A DNA stretch of 42,533 nt from Perkinsus olseni (Eukaryota), in NCBI GenBank assembly GCA_013115125.1, contig JABANN010000287.1:1-42533 (forward strand), given 5' to 3'. The position numbers and the translations under genes were made by a program. Shown here one piece after another: positions 1-12,727 of this stretch. The notes beneath the pieces are model-generated. The model worked only from the letters and a program-made list of their open reading frames with translations, had not been told where the DNA came from and searched no databases. The first letter of the stretch is position 1. Every line of letters begins with the position of its first letter.

Positions 1-978
1 GACTGGCGACTGGGACGGTGACCGCGAGGATGGAGGAAGATGCAGATGAAGTCGGTCGAAGCCTTAGAGCAGGGAGACGTGATGACTAATTCATGTATTG
101 CTCGTTATTAAGGAACGTTTCAATCTGCCCAGGAATGAGTCGCGACGTTCGCTTTCGCTTCCGGGGCGAACTATACAAATGGCGGCTCACCTCAGAATAT
201 TTCCCGCGGCAGTTAAGCGCCACCTAAAGCCGTTTTGATGAGCATGCGAGCCCGACACTCTTGATGTTTTTCCATTTCCAAGGCATGCAGCGGCCCACAT
301 CTGAACTATCGAGTGAAAGCCACAGGCTAGCTCCTGAGCGGAGCTAAAGCAAGCTGAAATCCTGTGGCTGTCCCGAGTGACACAATGTTGTTTTACGAGC
401 TATCAGCGCTACAACGAATTGTAAATGTCATTACAGCGAACTGTTGATTGATTTGTTTTCTTCTCTCACTTAGCAGTGCTAAGTTAGCTAAGTTACCACC
501 CGTCATCTGGGGTTGTGGGTGCGCCATTCGCACCGACGTGGGATACGTCAAGTATCACGGTGCATGGTGATGAGTGTGCAAGTCATCTTGCGCACTCGAA
601 CTACAACCCACACTACGATAGTACATGATACGATATTACACTACGATACAACGATACTATCCTCTGTGTCTCTACCATAGTTGAGTTCATTTATATTGTG
701 GGAAGGGCGCGCTTAACTCTTCCTTCACGCGATGTGCTTTCTTCGAAAAAGTTTCTTATAGAGTATCAGTTCGGCCCTGTGTTCTTCTCTAGCTCCACCT
801 TTCCCTCCTTCGTTCGCCCAAGAATAATTTTCAACCTTCCGTCTACACTAACCAACATCGAACACAAATATAATTTGCTCCTCCCGAACAAGTCGAATAA
901 AAATAGAACTTCATACTGTCATTACATTGCATGTTATGCAAGTAGCTTCTCAAACAGACTTAATTATAACCACTTAAT

Positions 979-3882
979 TCAAAACGAACATCTTCTCTTT
1001 TCGCTCGACTCTTCTTCATCCTCCGCCAAAGAGATGACGGTGTTCATCGGCTGATGTCCGCTGGTCACCGGTCTCGCCTCGTTAAGATCTCCTCTCGTCC
1101 CTTGTATGTTGTCCGGCATATTCTCAGCCTCCTTCGCAGCTGTATCGTCGTCTTCTTCTACTATCGTTGGCACCCTCATCGGAGTTGCATAACGAGAGTG
1201 GCTAGCCCCGGGATGAGACATCCTCGAGAGATTCGGAGAAGTGCCAGATTTGGGTCCCATTATCTGACACGAAAACCCTTGAGATCATCACTCGACGAGC
1301 ATCGCTACAGTGATCTGGTCGAGGCCGTAGTTGCGACGCTTCCCCGGCGAGGCTTGATGGCTGCCTGGCGCCATCACCACACTCATCGGTACTTCACCAA
1401 CCACCTGGTCACGGACTCTCCTCACCTTGAAAACGACCATACGACGTTTGAACCAGCTCAGACGCCCTACCCTAATCATATCGCTGCCAGGCACTGGTTC
1501 GCTGAGGACCTCCAGCTGCTCTCCGGCTTCCACACGAATCTCCTTATTAGACGCAGGCACGTGCAGCGAAGATGCCTGGCAAATGTGCAGACCAGCTTGC
1601 GCCGAGATCCGCCTCCTACCACGGCGATCGGTGGTCGAGCGTCGGGCAGTCCTCTCATCGTTTCGCCACCTTGCGTGATCGCTCCCAGTGCATGACCACC
1701 TATAAGACGGTCGGAGACGTACAGGAAACTGCACGTACCCGGCTGGACCGAAGTGATGTTCGGATCCTCAGTTTCGGGGATGGTGACACCGACAGCGTAG
1801 ATGCTGACGTAAGATGACGGGAACCTTCCAGCCTGATCGGAAAAAAAACGTCTTCTTACATAGCGAGCAGTTGTGTCTTTCGGTGAAGTACATCGATAAG
1901 ATATGATCATAACTATCACGCGCTATAATATGCGGCAAGAAGCATCCCACGAGAGCAGAGCATTCTAAATTAGAGTGAGGATACAATAAATACAGTGGAG
2001 AGTCGCGGAAGAACTCAGTTCACCACCATGAAGCTCTCTCACCTCTCCACGTGAATTCCTGCCAGACCACCAAAGACCGGTGTCCTCTGAGTAAATACTT
2101 CTGTCGACTTCAACTGCAGAAATCGGCACTCACGAGTAACGAAAATAACATCTCCGCGTTCGAAGGAAAGTTCTCCATCTCTTTGACCGACAAATGAGGA
2201 AGTCGCTCGGTACTCCGTGAACTGATCTTTGCCGTTAGCACTAAAATCATCAGCAATGCACCTCCAGCTACATTCTTATCGTACTGAGCCTCGAGGACAA
2301 GATACGCCGACTGTAGGGCAGGGTAGCAGAGAAGGCATTGGTCACGATGGCTGATGACGGGCTGGTAGTCGGCCGGGAACCAGGCTGGACGAGGGGCTGT
2401 GGGGCCCGACTGGCACGTCATCTGCGAGATATAATAGCGAGAAACCCTCTACGAGTTCAACTTACCACAGCCTCATCAACAGCGGCTCGGTAGTCCAAGG
2501 GCAGCCGGGAGAGCTCGTCGGTCATTCGGCGATCCATCTTGCGCTGAAGCGACGCGAGCTCGGCGACGAAATGGGAGATCGCGTCAAAATGTATCTAAAA
2601 CCGCGACCGTTCAAAGGTATCTCTTCGCACGCATGCGTACAGCGTGACGGCGTTTGAGCATCTCGACCTCCTCGGCGACATCCCGGGCAGACCGATTGCT
2701 GTCCTGCTGGACCCTCTGGAGACGCTCGAACACCTGTGGTTGGGCTCACAGGCAACTGCGCTCGATGCGCCTGGGCCGTACCCGTTGGCGCTCCATTTGA
2801 ACACGCTGGCCAGTGGTCTCGTAGAGCTGCTGGAGACGATCTCTCAGCCGAGCCAACTCCTGTTGATGGCGCTTGAACACGGCTTCGGCCTTACGCACAG
2901 CCTAATAAAGGTACGCACACCGCTGTGCACCATTATGCTACATGTATGAAGGGAAAGAAGCGATCGATCACCTTAGAAGAGGTCTCAATTAAACGCATGC
3001 AAGTTAGAATGACCATGAATAACGGAGTCATCATTGAAAGGTTGAGAATTAAAATCATGCAGCATCGAGAGCGTAGAGAATTTAATTCTAGGAGACTACA
3101 ACTCACACCGGAAACAACGGACGAAAGTCGGCACCGAACTGAGGTAACACACGATTAGCATCAGCGAAAACGAAGCTCACGCCGTGGCAAGAATGCATGT
3201 CCCGGTGACGCTTCTTGACATCAGTAGAAATCTCGACCAATCTGTCTCGAATCTGACAGGAGAAGGCAGGACGATTTGGGAGAAATGTGGTATGATCACT
3301 TTTCTCTTCATTTCTCGCAAATCCTCGGCCGCTTCTATGGTAACAGAGCCCACGATGGGGTTCATTAGAATGAGAATATCTGCCGAGAATTGTCGACGAT
3401 CTCGCACAGAGGGACTGGACCGACTCTCAGCCAGGGTTGACAGGCCAGCCGCTGACTGTGGAGGGACACCGTCGTAGTTGCGAGGAGCGCCGATCTTGCG
3501 CAGGGCCTTGCAGCAATTCTGGAGGGCCTCGACGCTGGCGAAGTATCTAAGGTCGAAGCGAGGACAAGACGAGTAGACGTACGGGTGGACTTACATGTTG
3601 ATGAAGGCACGGAATTTCATACGATGGTCGATGCAGCTCATGAGGGCAGCGTGGAACTCCTCGAACATGTCGCGGGCCTCGCCGGTGTACTGGCTCAGCT
3701 GGCTGGTATCTCGGGAATCGGGTGTCGGCTGAAAGGCAAAAGAGAGTCGGGCATGAACTGGACCTACTTTGTATCTTGCATGCTCGACCTGAAGATACGT
3801 CACTCACCGTGGGCGGGCCACCGACGGAGTCCCTGAGGTTTTGCAAGCCCTGCTTAACTCCGCTCAGCATGCCGGTCATCAT
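979..3882 (-). CDS. Multi-exon protein with an N-terminal helical/coiled-coil region (possibly BAR-like) and two SH3 domains
   Basis: Manual splicing gives MMTGMLSGVKQGLQNLRDSVGGPPT ... EARDMFEEFHAALMSCIDHRMKFRAFINIYFASVEALQNCCKAL ... AVRKAEAVFKRHQQELARLRDRLQQLYE ... VFERLQRVQQDSNRSARDVAEEVEMLKRRHA (coiled coil). SH3 #1 is DTGLWWSGRNSRGE (~2045-2095) joined to AGRFPSSYV (~1805-1835). SH3 #2 is HVPASNKEIRVEAGEQLEVLSEPVPGSDMIRV ... VRRVRDQVVGEVPMSVV. The terminal exon is the 979..1260 ORF. Some internal junctions are approximate. Confidence 0.75.
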
Positions 3883-4189
3883 CTGTTCAGCGCAATCGTA
3901 TGAAACCGGCAACTTGGCCGGTTGGGCTGTTCCGTTTTATTGAAAACGCGTCGATCATCTGGGCGCGCGCTTTTTGCATTGGATCTCGCACCGAGCACTG
4001 TTGTGTATTGACCTTCGACTTCAGAGCTAGACAACACTTCTTCTGATTATAATCAGCGCTCCCGGGATTGAATATAACACCTAGGGGATTATTCTGGAAG
4101 CGCTTTTCTTGAAACTGAGGAGAGGCAGCAGTCTGTTGAACCCTGGGAAAGTATCTTAAGCCCAGCTTTGGTTCTTAAAGTCGCCGGAG

Positions 4190-4799
4190 ATGTCGCAAAA
4201 GTTCACCGAATCATTCTCGAAGTTTGGCCCTCAACTGGCGAAGGTCATCACGGTTGGAAGTGTCGGGATTGGCGGCTCGGTCTGGGCCTTCAAGAACTGT
4301 CTTTTTAATGGTAATAGTTTGGGGTGGGAAGATCTTAGGTTGATCCGTGGAAGATACAGAATAGGTCAAGTTCCGTGCGATACCGATATCTGTATTCAGT
4401 CGATGCTGGACATCGAGCCATCAAGTTCTCCAGGATCGGCGGTTTGAAGGAGGATCTTTACACTGAAGGCACTCACGTGATGGTCCCTTGGTTCGAACGA
4501 CCCATCACCTTCGACATCAGAACCAAGCCGAGAACTCTGGTAAGATCGGACGAAGTAACAGATTCCTTCGATGAGGATATAATTTATGATTTTTTGATTA
4601 ATAATTTATCGAGGAAAATCAATTTCCGTTGTAGGTGTCTCTGACCGGCTCGAAGGACCTCCAGATGGTCAGCATCTCTCTCCGAACACTTTGCCGTCCT
4701 CGCGAGGACAAGTTGCCGGCTATCTACCGCTACGCCGGGACTGACTATGATGAGAAGGTAATGAAAGCATCATCATTATTCTCACCCTTACCCTTACCC

Positions 4800-4839
<40 letters not shown>

Positions 4840-5921
4840 TACCATCGTCGTCATCATCATCGTTCAGTCCGTAATTTGCCAGGTGCTGCCCTCCATCATC
4901 AATGAGGTTTTGAAGTCTGTTGTCGCCCAGTTTAACGCTTCCGAGCTCGTCACACAGCGAGAGGTGAAGACACCGACTGTCGTTTTATTTTTCCAACTTT
5001 CTTTTTTGCCATCGTAGGTTGTGTCGCGTCGTATCCGCCAGGAGCTGGTCGAACGTGCTCGTGAATTCAATTTGATTCTCGATGATGTCGCCATCGTGGA
5101 CCTTGCCTTCTCTCCAGAGTAAGAGGCGTAGGAGTATCTTTGCGTATCCAAGGTCGACCCGTGCTAGATACGCAGGAGCTGTCGAGCAAAAGCAGGTGGC
5201 CCAGCAGCAGGCTGAGAAGGCGAAGTACCAAGTATTGAAGGCCCAGGAGATGAAGAAGAATATCATCATCAAGGCTCAAGGTGAGATAGTCGCGTTTGTG
5301 TGGGCGGCTTGATAGGGAAAGCTGTTAGCGGTCTCGCCATCGATTCTTGCCCGTTTCATTTCTGTGGACTTTTTATTATTTTTGTGCCAAGTGCTTCTAG
5401 TCTCGCGATCGAAAGCGCTTCTAGTCTCGCGATCGAAAGCGAGTGGAGATGTTGCTACTATGGCTACATTGATTTCGGCAGTTTTTGGTTTTCTTGAAAT
5501 TACTGCTGTAGATTTCATTTTTGGGATAATGGCCGTCGCTCAACTGCAATTCTTGATGAATTCGAAGATCTTCGGGATCAGCCATTTCCTCCAGCCCGGT
5601 GTTTTACTTGAGCGAACGCATTTCCTGAAGTTTTCGGACGTCCGTGGAGGGTCACTTTCACCTTGCCAGGTGAGATGGAGTCGGCCAAGATGATTGGTTC
5701 GGCCATCCAGAACAACCCGGGATTCGTGGAGTTGAGGAAAATAGATGCGGCCAAGGAGATCGCTCATCACATGGCCGTCAGCCGAAATAAGATGGTAATT
5801 CTTCGGCGCACAGAAAAGGATTCTTTTCACGCTTCCTGATTCGCAGGTGCTGAACTCGGATTCGTTGCTGTTGAATTTAATGAGCAGTGGTAATGAGAGG
5901 TTGGCCATTGAGAAGGCATAG
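4190..5921 (+). CDS. PHB2: Prohibitin (SPFH/band 7), PHB2-type, 8 exons
   Basis: Exons 4190-4310, 4400-4539, 4635-4757, 4883-4963, 5018-5118, 5168-5280, 5670-5794 and 5847-5921, all GT-AG and in phase. Motifs [110 protein letters not shown]. Stop TAG at 5919-5921. Confidence 0.96.
4801..4836. repeat. (CAT)12 microsatellite in prohibitin intron 3
   Basis: Perfect CAT run with degenerate CAT/CGT units on both sides, inside intron 4758-4882. Confidence 0.95.
5393..5440. repeat. Perfect 24-bp tandem duplication in prohibitin intron 6
   Basis: GCTTCTAGTCTCGCGATCGAAAGC at 5393-5416 and again at 5417-5440. Confidence 0.95.
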
Positions 5922-6398
5922 AGGCAGAGGTTGATGAATGAGGGAGCATTGATACCAGCAAACCGTTTCAAGTATGTTTCGAAGTTGTAGAGCTAGTAGG
6001 AGTTGTTCCAGTGGATGGTTATCGCTTGGGGGGAGGTTAACTTGATGATAGCGGCGGAATGGTTTGTGTGATGCGATTGCGTTCTGTGACTGAAGCTTTG
6101 ACTGCATCAGCGGTCATGCAGCAGCCCTACGGCGACCAGTGTCCGATCTAACATCAGTCTCCAGGCTGGGACGATCGACTGAGATGGGGATATTCTGTTT
6201 TCGGATTTCCATACCGGGATTTCTCTTCTATCAGTGGTGGTTGTTGCTGCTGGATCAAGCTATAGCGTTTGATCGCCGCAGCGAGTCTTGAGGCTGCGCT
6301 CCGAGGTCTTTTCACGTTGGCGCGTTTGGTGCTGAGCGTTGGACGACCGTGCAATATCTCATTTTCATCAACAGTCTCCGTAGGGTTGCTTTCGCAGC

Positions 6399-9300
6399 AT
6401 GTCTAACATCTACGTAGCGGAGCCCCCCACCAAGGGCAAGGTGGTACTGCACACCACCCATGGGCCGATATCGATAGCGTTGTGGCCGAAGGAGTGTCCG
6501 AAGACTACCAGGAACTTTGTGCAGTTGGTAAGACACCTAGGGAAGGTCGCTTTTACTGTTGTACTTTCTTTATGATTGGCTGCCACAGGGAAGGGGTTGG
6601 TGGCGGCCCGTGGCTGCGATGACTTGCTCTTGGTATATTGGTATGTTCTAAGTCGAGGAAGAACATAGTTGAAGCGAAAAAAAAGAAAAACGCAACGCGT
6701 CCGGCCAGTGGCTTCTCTGAACACTTATCCTGGAACGTCTCAGGACAGTAGCGAATCCTCAACCCGAGAGTGCTCCGTACGCGCAATTTAAGTTGAACGA
6801 ACTTGTTTCGTATCTTCCCTGCATGAGTATTCCGTGAGTTGGTGGAAAGTTGGTACGCAATTACCAACTCGGCGTCCTGTTCGAAGGAAAATAGATTTCC
6901 TGTATATTGAATTCTCTTCTACTCAAGAGGCGAGCTGGTCAGTTATCGAGGGTAAGGGCGACCGTCGACACTCGGCTTCGCAATAGACTTCTGCCGGGTA
7001 GGATGCAGTACCGCCTGCAGGCTTCTCCCTGTCTCAACTTATAGGGGTTGTTATAGAGTCGGTCTGTTCTCTGATGTCGATCGGTTGCGTCTCCGGCCGA
7101 CTCGCCGTAAATTGGAAGAGTCCTCACTTCTGCTGGTCCTTCCGGTCATTGGGCACGCGGCTGCGACGGGGTCTTCCGGTCAAGCGCTAGGCGGAGCGAA
7201 GCTCTTCTTTGCAGGCCCTTGAGGACTACTACAACGGCACAGTCTTCCACCGCATCATCAAGGACTTCCTCATACAAGGCGGAGATCGGACGAACACCGG
7301 TTTGGGCTGCGATTCCATCTATGGCGAGCCTTACCCGAACGAATTCCATTCACGTTTAAAGTGAGATATTTCGACTGCCGGGTGGGTCGTATCATTCGGT
7401 GCTCTTGCAGGTTCCGATATCGTGGTCTGGTGGGCGTCGCGAGCGCTGGAGTGGCTGAGAAGGGCGGGGCGTCGACCAACGGCTCACAGTTCTTCATAAC
7501 AATGGGAAGAGATGATAGCTTTAATAATAAGTAGGTATCTTAGGTTGAAGCTGGGCATTGACGGAATCCCTGGTGGTAGGTATACGTTGTTTGGTAAGGT
7601 TGTTGATGATACGGTATATAATCTTGATAGGATATCGCAGGCTAATGTCGATACCAACGACTTCCCGACTGACGACCCGCCGCCGCATATCATCCGAGCT
7701 GAAGTGGTAGTACTGGAGCGATAATAGTATCTTCTGGAATGTATCGAGCACGGATGAACCTCGGATACCGATTGGACTTTGTACGGGGCCGAACTGCACA
7801 GTAGTCGTTGTGTGGTGAGCGATAGGTAGCTCATTACTTGCCCAGCAATACCACACCATCCACACTTCCTGGTGAAGCTGTCGAACGAAGAACGTCCCTC
7901 TGAGGTTCTCGCTGGGGAGCGACGAATATGTTAGGTCGTGGAAATGATTATCGCGGCTAGCGTACGGCTTTGTAGCCACTTCGATGTATCTGCCAAGGAG
8001 AGTTTGTGTTCGCCCTCCTTCGACCCACCACCGACCCAACCGGAGGTCCCCATTTGCTTTCGATTAGGTTGAGAATCCCTTTACGGATATCATTCCGAGG
8101 GACATCTATCGGCAAGTGGTGGATCATGCTGAAGAAGAGAGGGAAAATAGGAGAAAGGAGAAGATAGAGGTGTCCAACAAGAAGGGACTGCTGAGCTTCG
8201 AGGATGAAGACAGCAGCAGTAGCGAAAGCGAAGACGACGAGGATGGTAAGCGGAAGGTCGTGGGTTCAATTCCTAGGTCTGGCATCTTATATTTTGTCCC
8301 ACTGCAGGAAGCGAGAAACGTATAGCTGTTAAAGTAAGGAGTGCTCACGATGGTGGAGATGCCTCGCTGTTGGCCGAAACGGCTAAGTCGGGCGATGCGG
8401 CCGACGCGGTCCAGAAGGGAAGCTCTTCGAAAGCGGCAGCAAGGCGAGCTAAGATGCTTCAGAAGGTGGTGAGGATGTCCTTGGCGTGGGGGCTCGGTAC
8501 TCGAGGACAATAAATTTCGATCTCATTCACTGGTCTTCTGTGAGCTGTTTTTTGCAATTTTGGGACTGGCTGATGTGCAAGGAATTTTTTGTAGCGGCCC
8601 GATAATTTCGCTCAACCCCCGCTACTAGCGGGGGTTGAGCGAAATTATCGGCGCGAAGATTCTCGGAGAGATTCAGTGGAAGTTGTTCGCTCTCCGCTCA
8701 GTCTCGAGGCGTCCAAGATCTCGATGATGGCGATGAGGAGTCGGAGGGCTCCGAGTATGGCGATCGGGAACGAGCTGAGAAACTTGGTAATAGGCGGACG
8801 AGAGGTATCTTTTTGGGATGCGTTTCTTAGGTATCCTTCCAAGTGAGGCTAAGGCTATGCGGGAGAGTGAGCTTGAACGACAACGGCAGATCGAAAAGAT
8901 GCGCCAAAAGATTCGGGTAGGGGCTCCACGACTTTATTTGTACCCTATCGAATTCTCAACTCCAAAACCGTGTTGGGCGATGAGGATCGAAAATTATTCG
9001 GATTCTCTTGATAAAAATGCACGCTCCTCATGCAGCCTTGTGACGTGCTTGTCATTGAAAGCGGGTTCGGGTTTCTGGTTGAAGTGTTTTGCTTTTCAGC
9101 AAGTCAACCGAGTCGAGGATACGTCTAAGAAGGAGACGAAGGGGCCGATGGGGATAGCTGATCGCACGAATAAGTAATGATCGAGGGAGTACTTGGAGCC
9201 TATCAGCAGCACTCAGTAGCCATACTCAATTACAGCCTTAACCTTCACTGGTGCTCACCTTCCTGGGAGGGGGAAGGGTAGGAGACACATAAGAGTCTTG

Positions 9301-10537
9301 TGATGTGATAGACACATGGGCTGTCCGGAAGGTTGGCATAGCTCCCCTGTGATCCGGTGACCTTGGTGACTTCCGTGCTGGCGCGTTCTGGCTAGATTGA
9401 TTGATTGGTGGAACCAGTGGCGGGCTCTACTACTCTAGTCGACTAATTTCAGCTATACTCTTACCTTAGCGAGAGCAGCATAGTCAGAGCGGTGGTGTTG
9501 GGCATAGCTATACAGATGGAAGTGTCGTGATGGGGTTTCGTGCTTTGAAGGTACAAACGACGGGAGAAGCGTGGCAAGAAGGCTTATCAAGAGCTGGATG
9601 TATTCATGCACGAGGAAGCGTCTAAGGCGCATGAGAGAGAAGAAGGTTGGACCATGGCCAAGACGCTGATTGACGCTTTTTGTTCCAGAAGGGCCTGTGG
9701 TGGTGAATGGTGGAAGCTCGACCTCGGCTCGGGCGGCTGCTGAGGATACCGAGATAACGGCGGAGCCGGGCACTCTGGCTGAGACCATGCAGGTAGTAGT
9801 TCTGATGGTGCCAGGATTGGGTTGGTTGTCGAGAGCGTCGAAGCTTGAAACTCGTCTCCCGTTGTATGATGACGCGCGCCGAAACTCAGAAGTCAGGGCT
9901 CAACTTGTGCGTGTGTCCGATTAACCCCTGTGCCTGGCCGCAGTCTCCGCAAGACTCCAATGAGATGTTATGAGCCACAACCATGGCGAGATGCTCTCTC
10001 TGTTGTCAGTTTGCATTTGGGGAGGATACAGGCGCGCTGGGTGCAGATGGTGATGCCTTCGGCGGCGCGGACTGGCTTCATGGCCGAGATACGTCGGCGC
10101 ACAGCAAAGGATTGAAGTTTGCTATAGACAGCACGAGAGCGTAATAATCTATGCTATTTTGCTTATATGATGGTTTGAGGGTATCTTGAACTTGAGCGTG
10201 AATGATACGAAATAGGTCGTATGGACAACCGCGGTCGTTTGATGGAAATAACAGCAAGAGCGGGATAATGTCTGTCTCTGCTTAGCTTATGTGATGGTCT
10301 GTGGGTATCTTGACCTTGAGCGTGAATGATACGAAATAGGTCGGTTGTGTCGTGTACTTTGGTCCTTGTAGGTATCAACTAGACGAGGAGCGTGCACAGA
10401 AAGTGCTGGAGGTGTACGACCCGCTAGATCCCAATGCAGGGCCGCCAAAGGAACGTCGAGAAGAGAACAGACCGAAGAGGCCTCGACGAGACGATGATGA
10501 TGAACGGAGCGATCGTCATCATAGGCATCATCGTTAA
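6399..10537 (+). CDS. CWC27: Spliceosome-associated cyclophilin-domain protein, CWC27/SDCCAG10 type, multi-exon
   Basis: Exon 1 (6399-6527) [43 protein letters not shown]. Exon 2 (7215-7360) [24 protein letters not shown]...EFHSRLK. Then [10 protein letters not shown]...[34 protein letters not shown] and GLLSFEDED. Charged tail includes DWLHG...LKF and VYDP. Last exon 10372-10537. Confidence 0.92.
8599..8651. repeat. Perfect palindrome, 26-bp arms, 1-nt centre (intronic, CWC27)
   Basis: CCGATAATTTCGCTCAACCCCCGCTA-C-TAGCGGGGGTTGAGCGAAATTATCGG. Confidence 0.97.
10161..10343. repeat. 59-bp direct repeat, two copies, in the last CWC27 intron
   Basis: 10161-10219 and 10285-10343 differ at 4 positions. 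Confidence 0.93.
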
Positions 10538-10750
10538 CGTGGTTTCTAAGTGGAGATGGGCTGCGTTGCATCAATCCAGCAGGGTTTGTCGGGGTGGCTT
10601 GAAGTGGTGTCACCGGGAAGATGCCCATCTTTTGGGTTCTTGGGAAGGTAGTGTGGTTGGCATGGCGATATGGTCGAGGTCCTCTCAGTCGGTCGGCCGA
10701 TAATCATAGTGATGATAGCGGGTAGTTCCCACTGGGGTTCTTCAGTTGTG

Positions 10751-12727
10751 ATGATGCCTTGCAATCTGGAGGAGGATCTCCCGATCTTCGTGTATTATGG
10801 TGATACTGAAGAGCTATCTTTGTTGGGTGGGGCTGAAGACGCTGGAGGGATCGACAAGATCGTCGTTGATGAATTCAGAGTGGGTAGAGTCCGGTGAAAA
10901 ATAGTTGCCCAGAGTTGATGTAAATCTTTTTTGCTGTGATTATTTTTCTATAGTAGCCGAGCAGCGGGATCGGAAAGAGCGCGAAGTCCTTCTCTCACCT
11001 GAGGTGGCATACGTTGATATTATACGGGAACTCTACTTGTCGTTGGTCTATTGATGCTTGTGCCAACTCGTGGCAATAGTAGCACCACTGCTGGTTGTTT
11101 TGCCCACCATAGTGCTGTGGCTGCTGCAGTTACGGGGCTTCATCATAGTTCGGCATGCGTATCCTCGCATGCAGCAGAGGGTGCTGCAGGAGGTTGCCGC
11201 ATTCTTCGCACTGGACGACGAGGAGAAGGCGGCCATTGCGGGTGGCGATGGTATGCGGAAGATCAAAGGGCGTCCTGTTGGGTGATCGGTCTTGGGCTCA
11301 TTGGCTTCCTTATGGGCAGCATATTCTGCAGCGTTAACGCTAATGCTTATCTACGATCGAAGATGCGCATGGACTGGGCTGGTCTTTCAGTCCGACTGGT
11401 GGATTCCATTGACTTTCGAAATGGTAGAAGGAATTTTTCTCTTGGTATTATGCTGACGTTTTACGATAATAGTATCTAGTGATGTTGGCCGTCTCGATCT
11501 CGGACGGAAGTCCTGGCTTTTCTCATCTCATGCAGCTCTAACTAGGGTGCTCAACTTCGCTGTGGTCACAGCGTCATCAGCAGCAGCTCGACCTTTGTCG
11601 CAGATAGTGAGCTTGGACGACTGTGTGAAGCCCCTCAGGTACTCTCGTCGTGGATCTTCCGAGTTCGTCGATCTCCACCTCGCGCACAGCAAGGGCGGCA
11701 GAGGGCTCGTACCGTCGGGTTTCGATTCGACTCGTCTGAGAGTCCCTGTACTGGGCCATGTGTCAAGTGCTGCTGGAATCGCAAGGGCACTATGCCGCTG
11801 TATCGAGAGATACTTGACGGGAAGTGATGGTAGTGCCTCGGGCGTGCGCTTTGGTTTCGATTTCACAGCGAAATTAGCAATATTCTGGTCCTTCATAGGT
11901 TCTACGGCTCTAGAAAGCTGTGTTGATTTCCTGTCGACGGAGCCTTCAGAAGAGGGCGTGTCCAATTCGACCGTACGGTTTTGCCACTACAGCGCCGGGG
12001 CTGGAGGTTTCGAGCCGCATACGGACACCAGCTTCTTCACGGTGCGGGAAGATACGTTTTGATGCCACTGCTGTCCGTCAATGAATTCATCCTCAAGGCT
12101 GTTGTCTTACTCTTCACGCAGGGGTTGCCGCGGACATGGTGACGGCTTCACAGACGCGCTCTCTTTGTAAGCGTTGATGGCTCTTGGTCACCCAGTTTTC
12201 AGGTGATCGCTTCCGCTGGTCGGAGCAAGGCGTCGTCGCTGGAGATTCTGAGCCCTGGAGGGAACGAGTGGCGAGCGATTGATAGGCTTATTGCCGATGA
12301 CTCGTCGGTTGTTGTCTTTCCTGGCGACTATATGGCCATCATCTCGAAGGAAGCCGTTCCTGCAGCAGTAGGTTGGGGGCTCGGTTCGGGAGCTGTGGAT
12401 CGGGCTATCTTCTGTGGAAGGTGCATCGGAGCACGGCAGGGTCATCGCGCGAGGATCGTATCTCGGTGCCGATTCTGTTCAGAACCAGGAAGGGAGCGTA
12501 TTGGCCTGGGAGAATGAAGGGGATGCTGGATTGCGATGGTGAGTTTAGCCCTGTCTCCAACGCTGGACCAGCCGGATGGCTCTTCGGTAGAACCCCTGCC
12601 GATGGATGACTTGGAAGCTTTCTGCTCTGTTAAGCGAAAGCGGCAGGCGGCGGAACACCGGGACGAAGGAGATAATTGGATACTCAGCACGCGGGATGTT
12701 GGGGCGTCCAGCATGATGACGAGTTAA
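10751..12727 (+). CDS. 2-oxoglutarate/Fe(II)-dependent dioxygenase (IPNS/DIOX-like), multi-exon
   Basis: N-terminal LRGFIIVRHAYP...EVAAFFALDDEEK. Core TVRFCHY...FEPHTDTSFFT (HxD), LEILSPGGNEWRAI...VVVFPGDYMAIIS, VHR (distal His) and DRISVP (RxS). The start codon is approximate. Confidence 0.85.

Noticed and set aside
601-662. TACGATA-rich tract as a functional element
   Set aside because: Short degenerate simple repeat with no further structure.
4785-4800. CCCTTA repeats as an interstitial telomere
   Set aside because: Fewer than three units, and CCCTTA is not CCCTAA or CCCTAAA. They merge into the CAT microsatellite.
5271-5290. GGCTCAAG|GT as a spliced-leader RNA gene end
   Set aside because: It is prohibitin coding sequence (K-A-Q-G) at a normal donor site. 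The upstream leader sequence CCGTAGCCAT is absent.
8599-8651. Long hairpins as rho-independent terminators or pre-miRNAs
   Set aside because: The context is eukaryotic, there are no U-tracts, and perfect arms with a 1-nt centre are unlike selected RNA stem-loops. A small-RNA role is not excluded without data.
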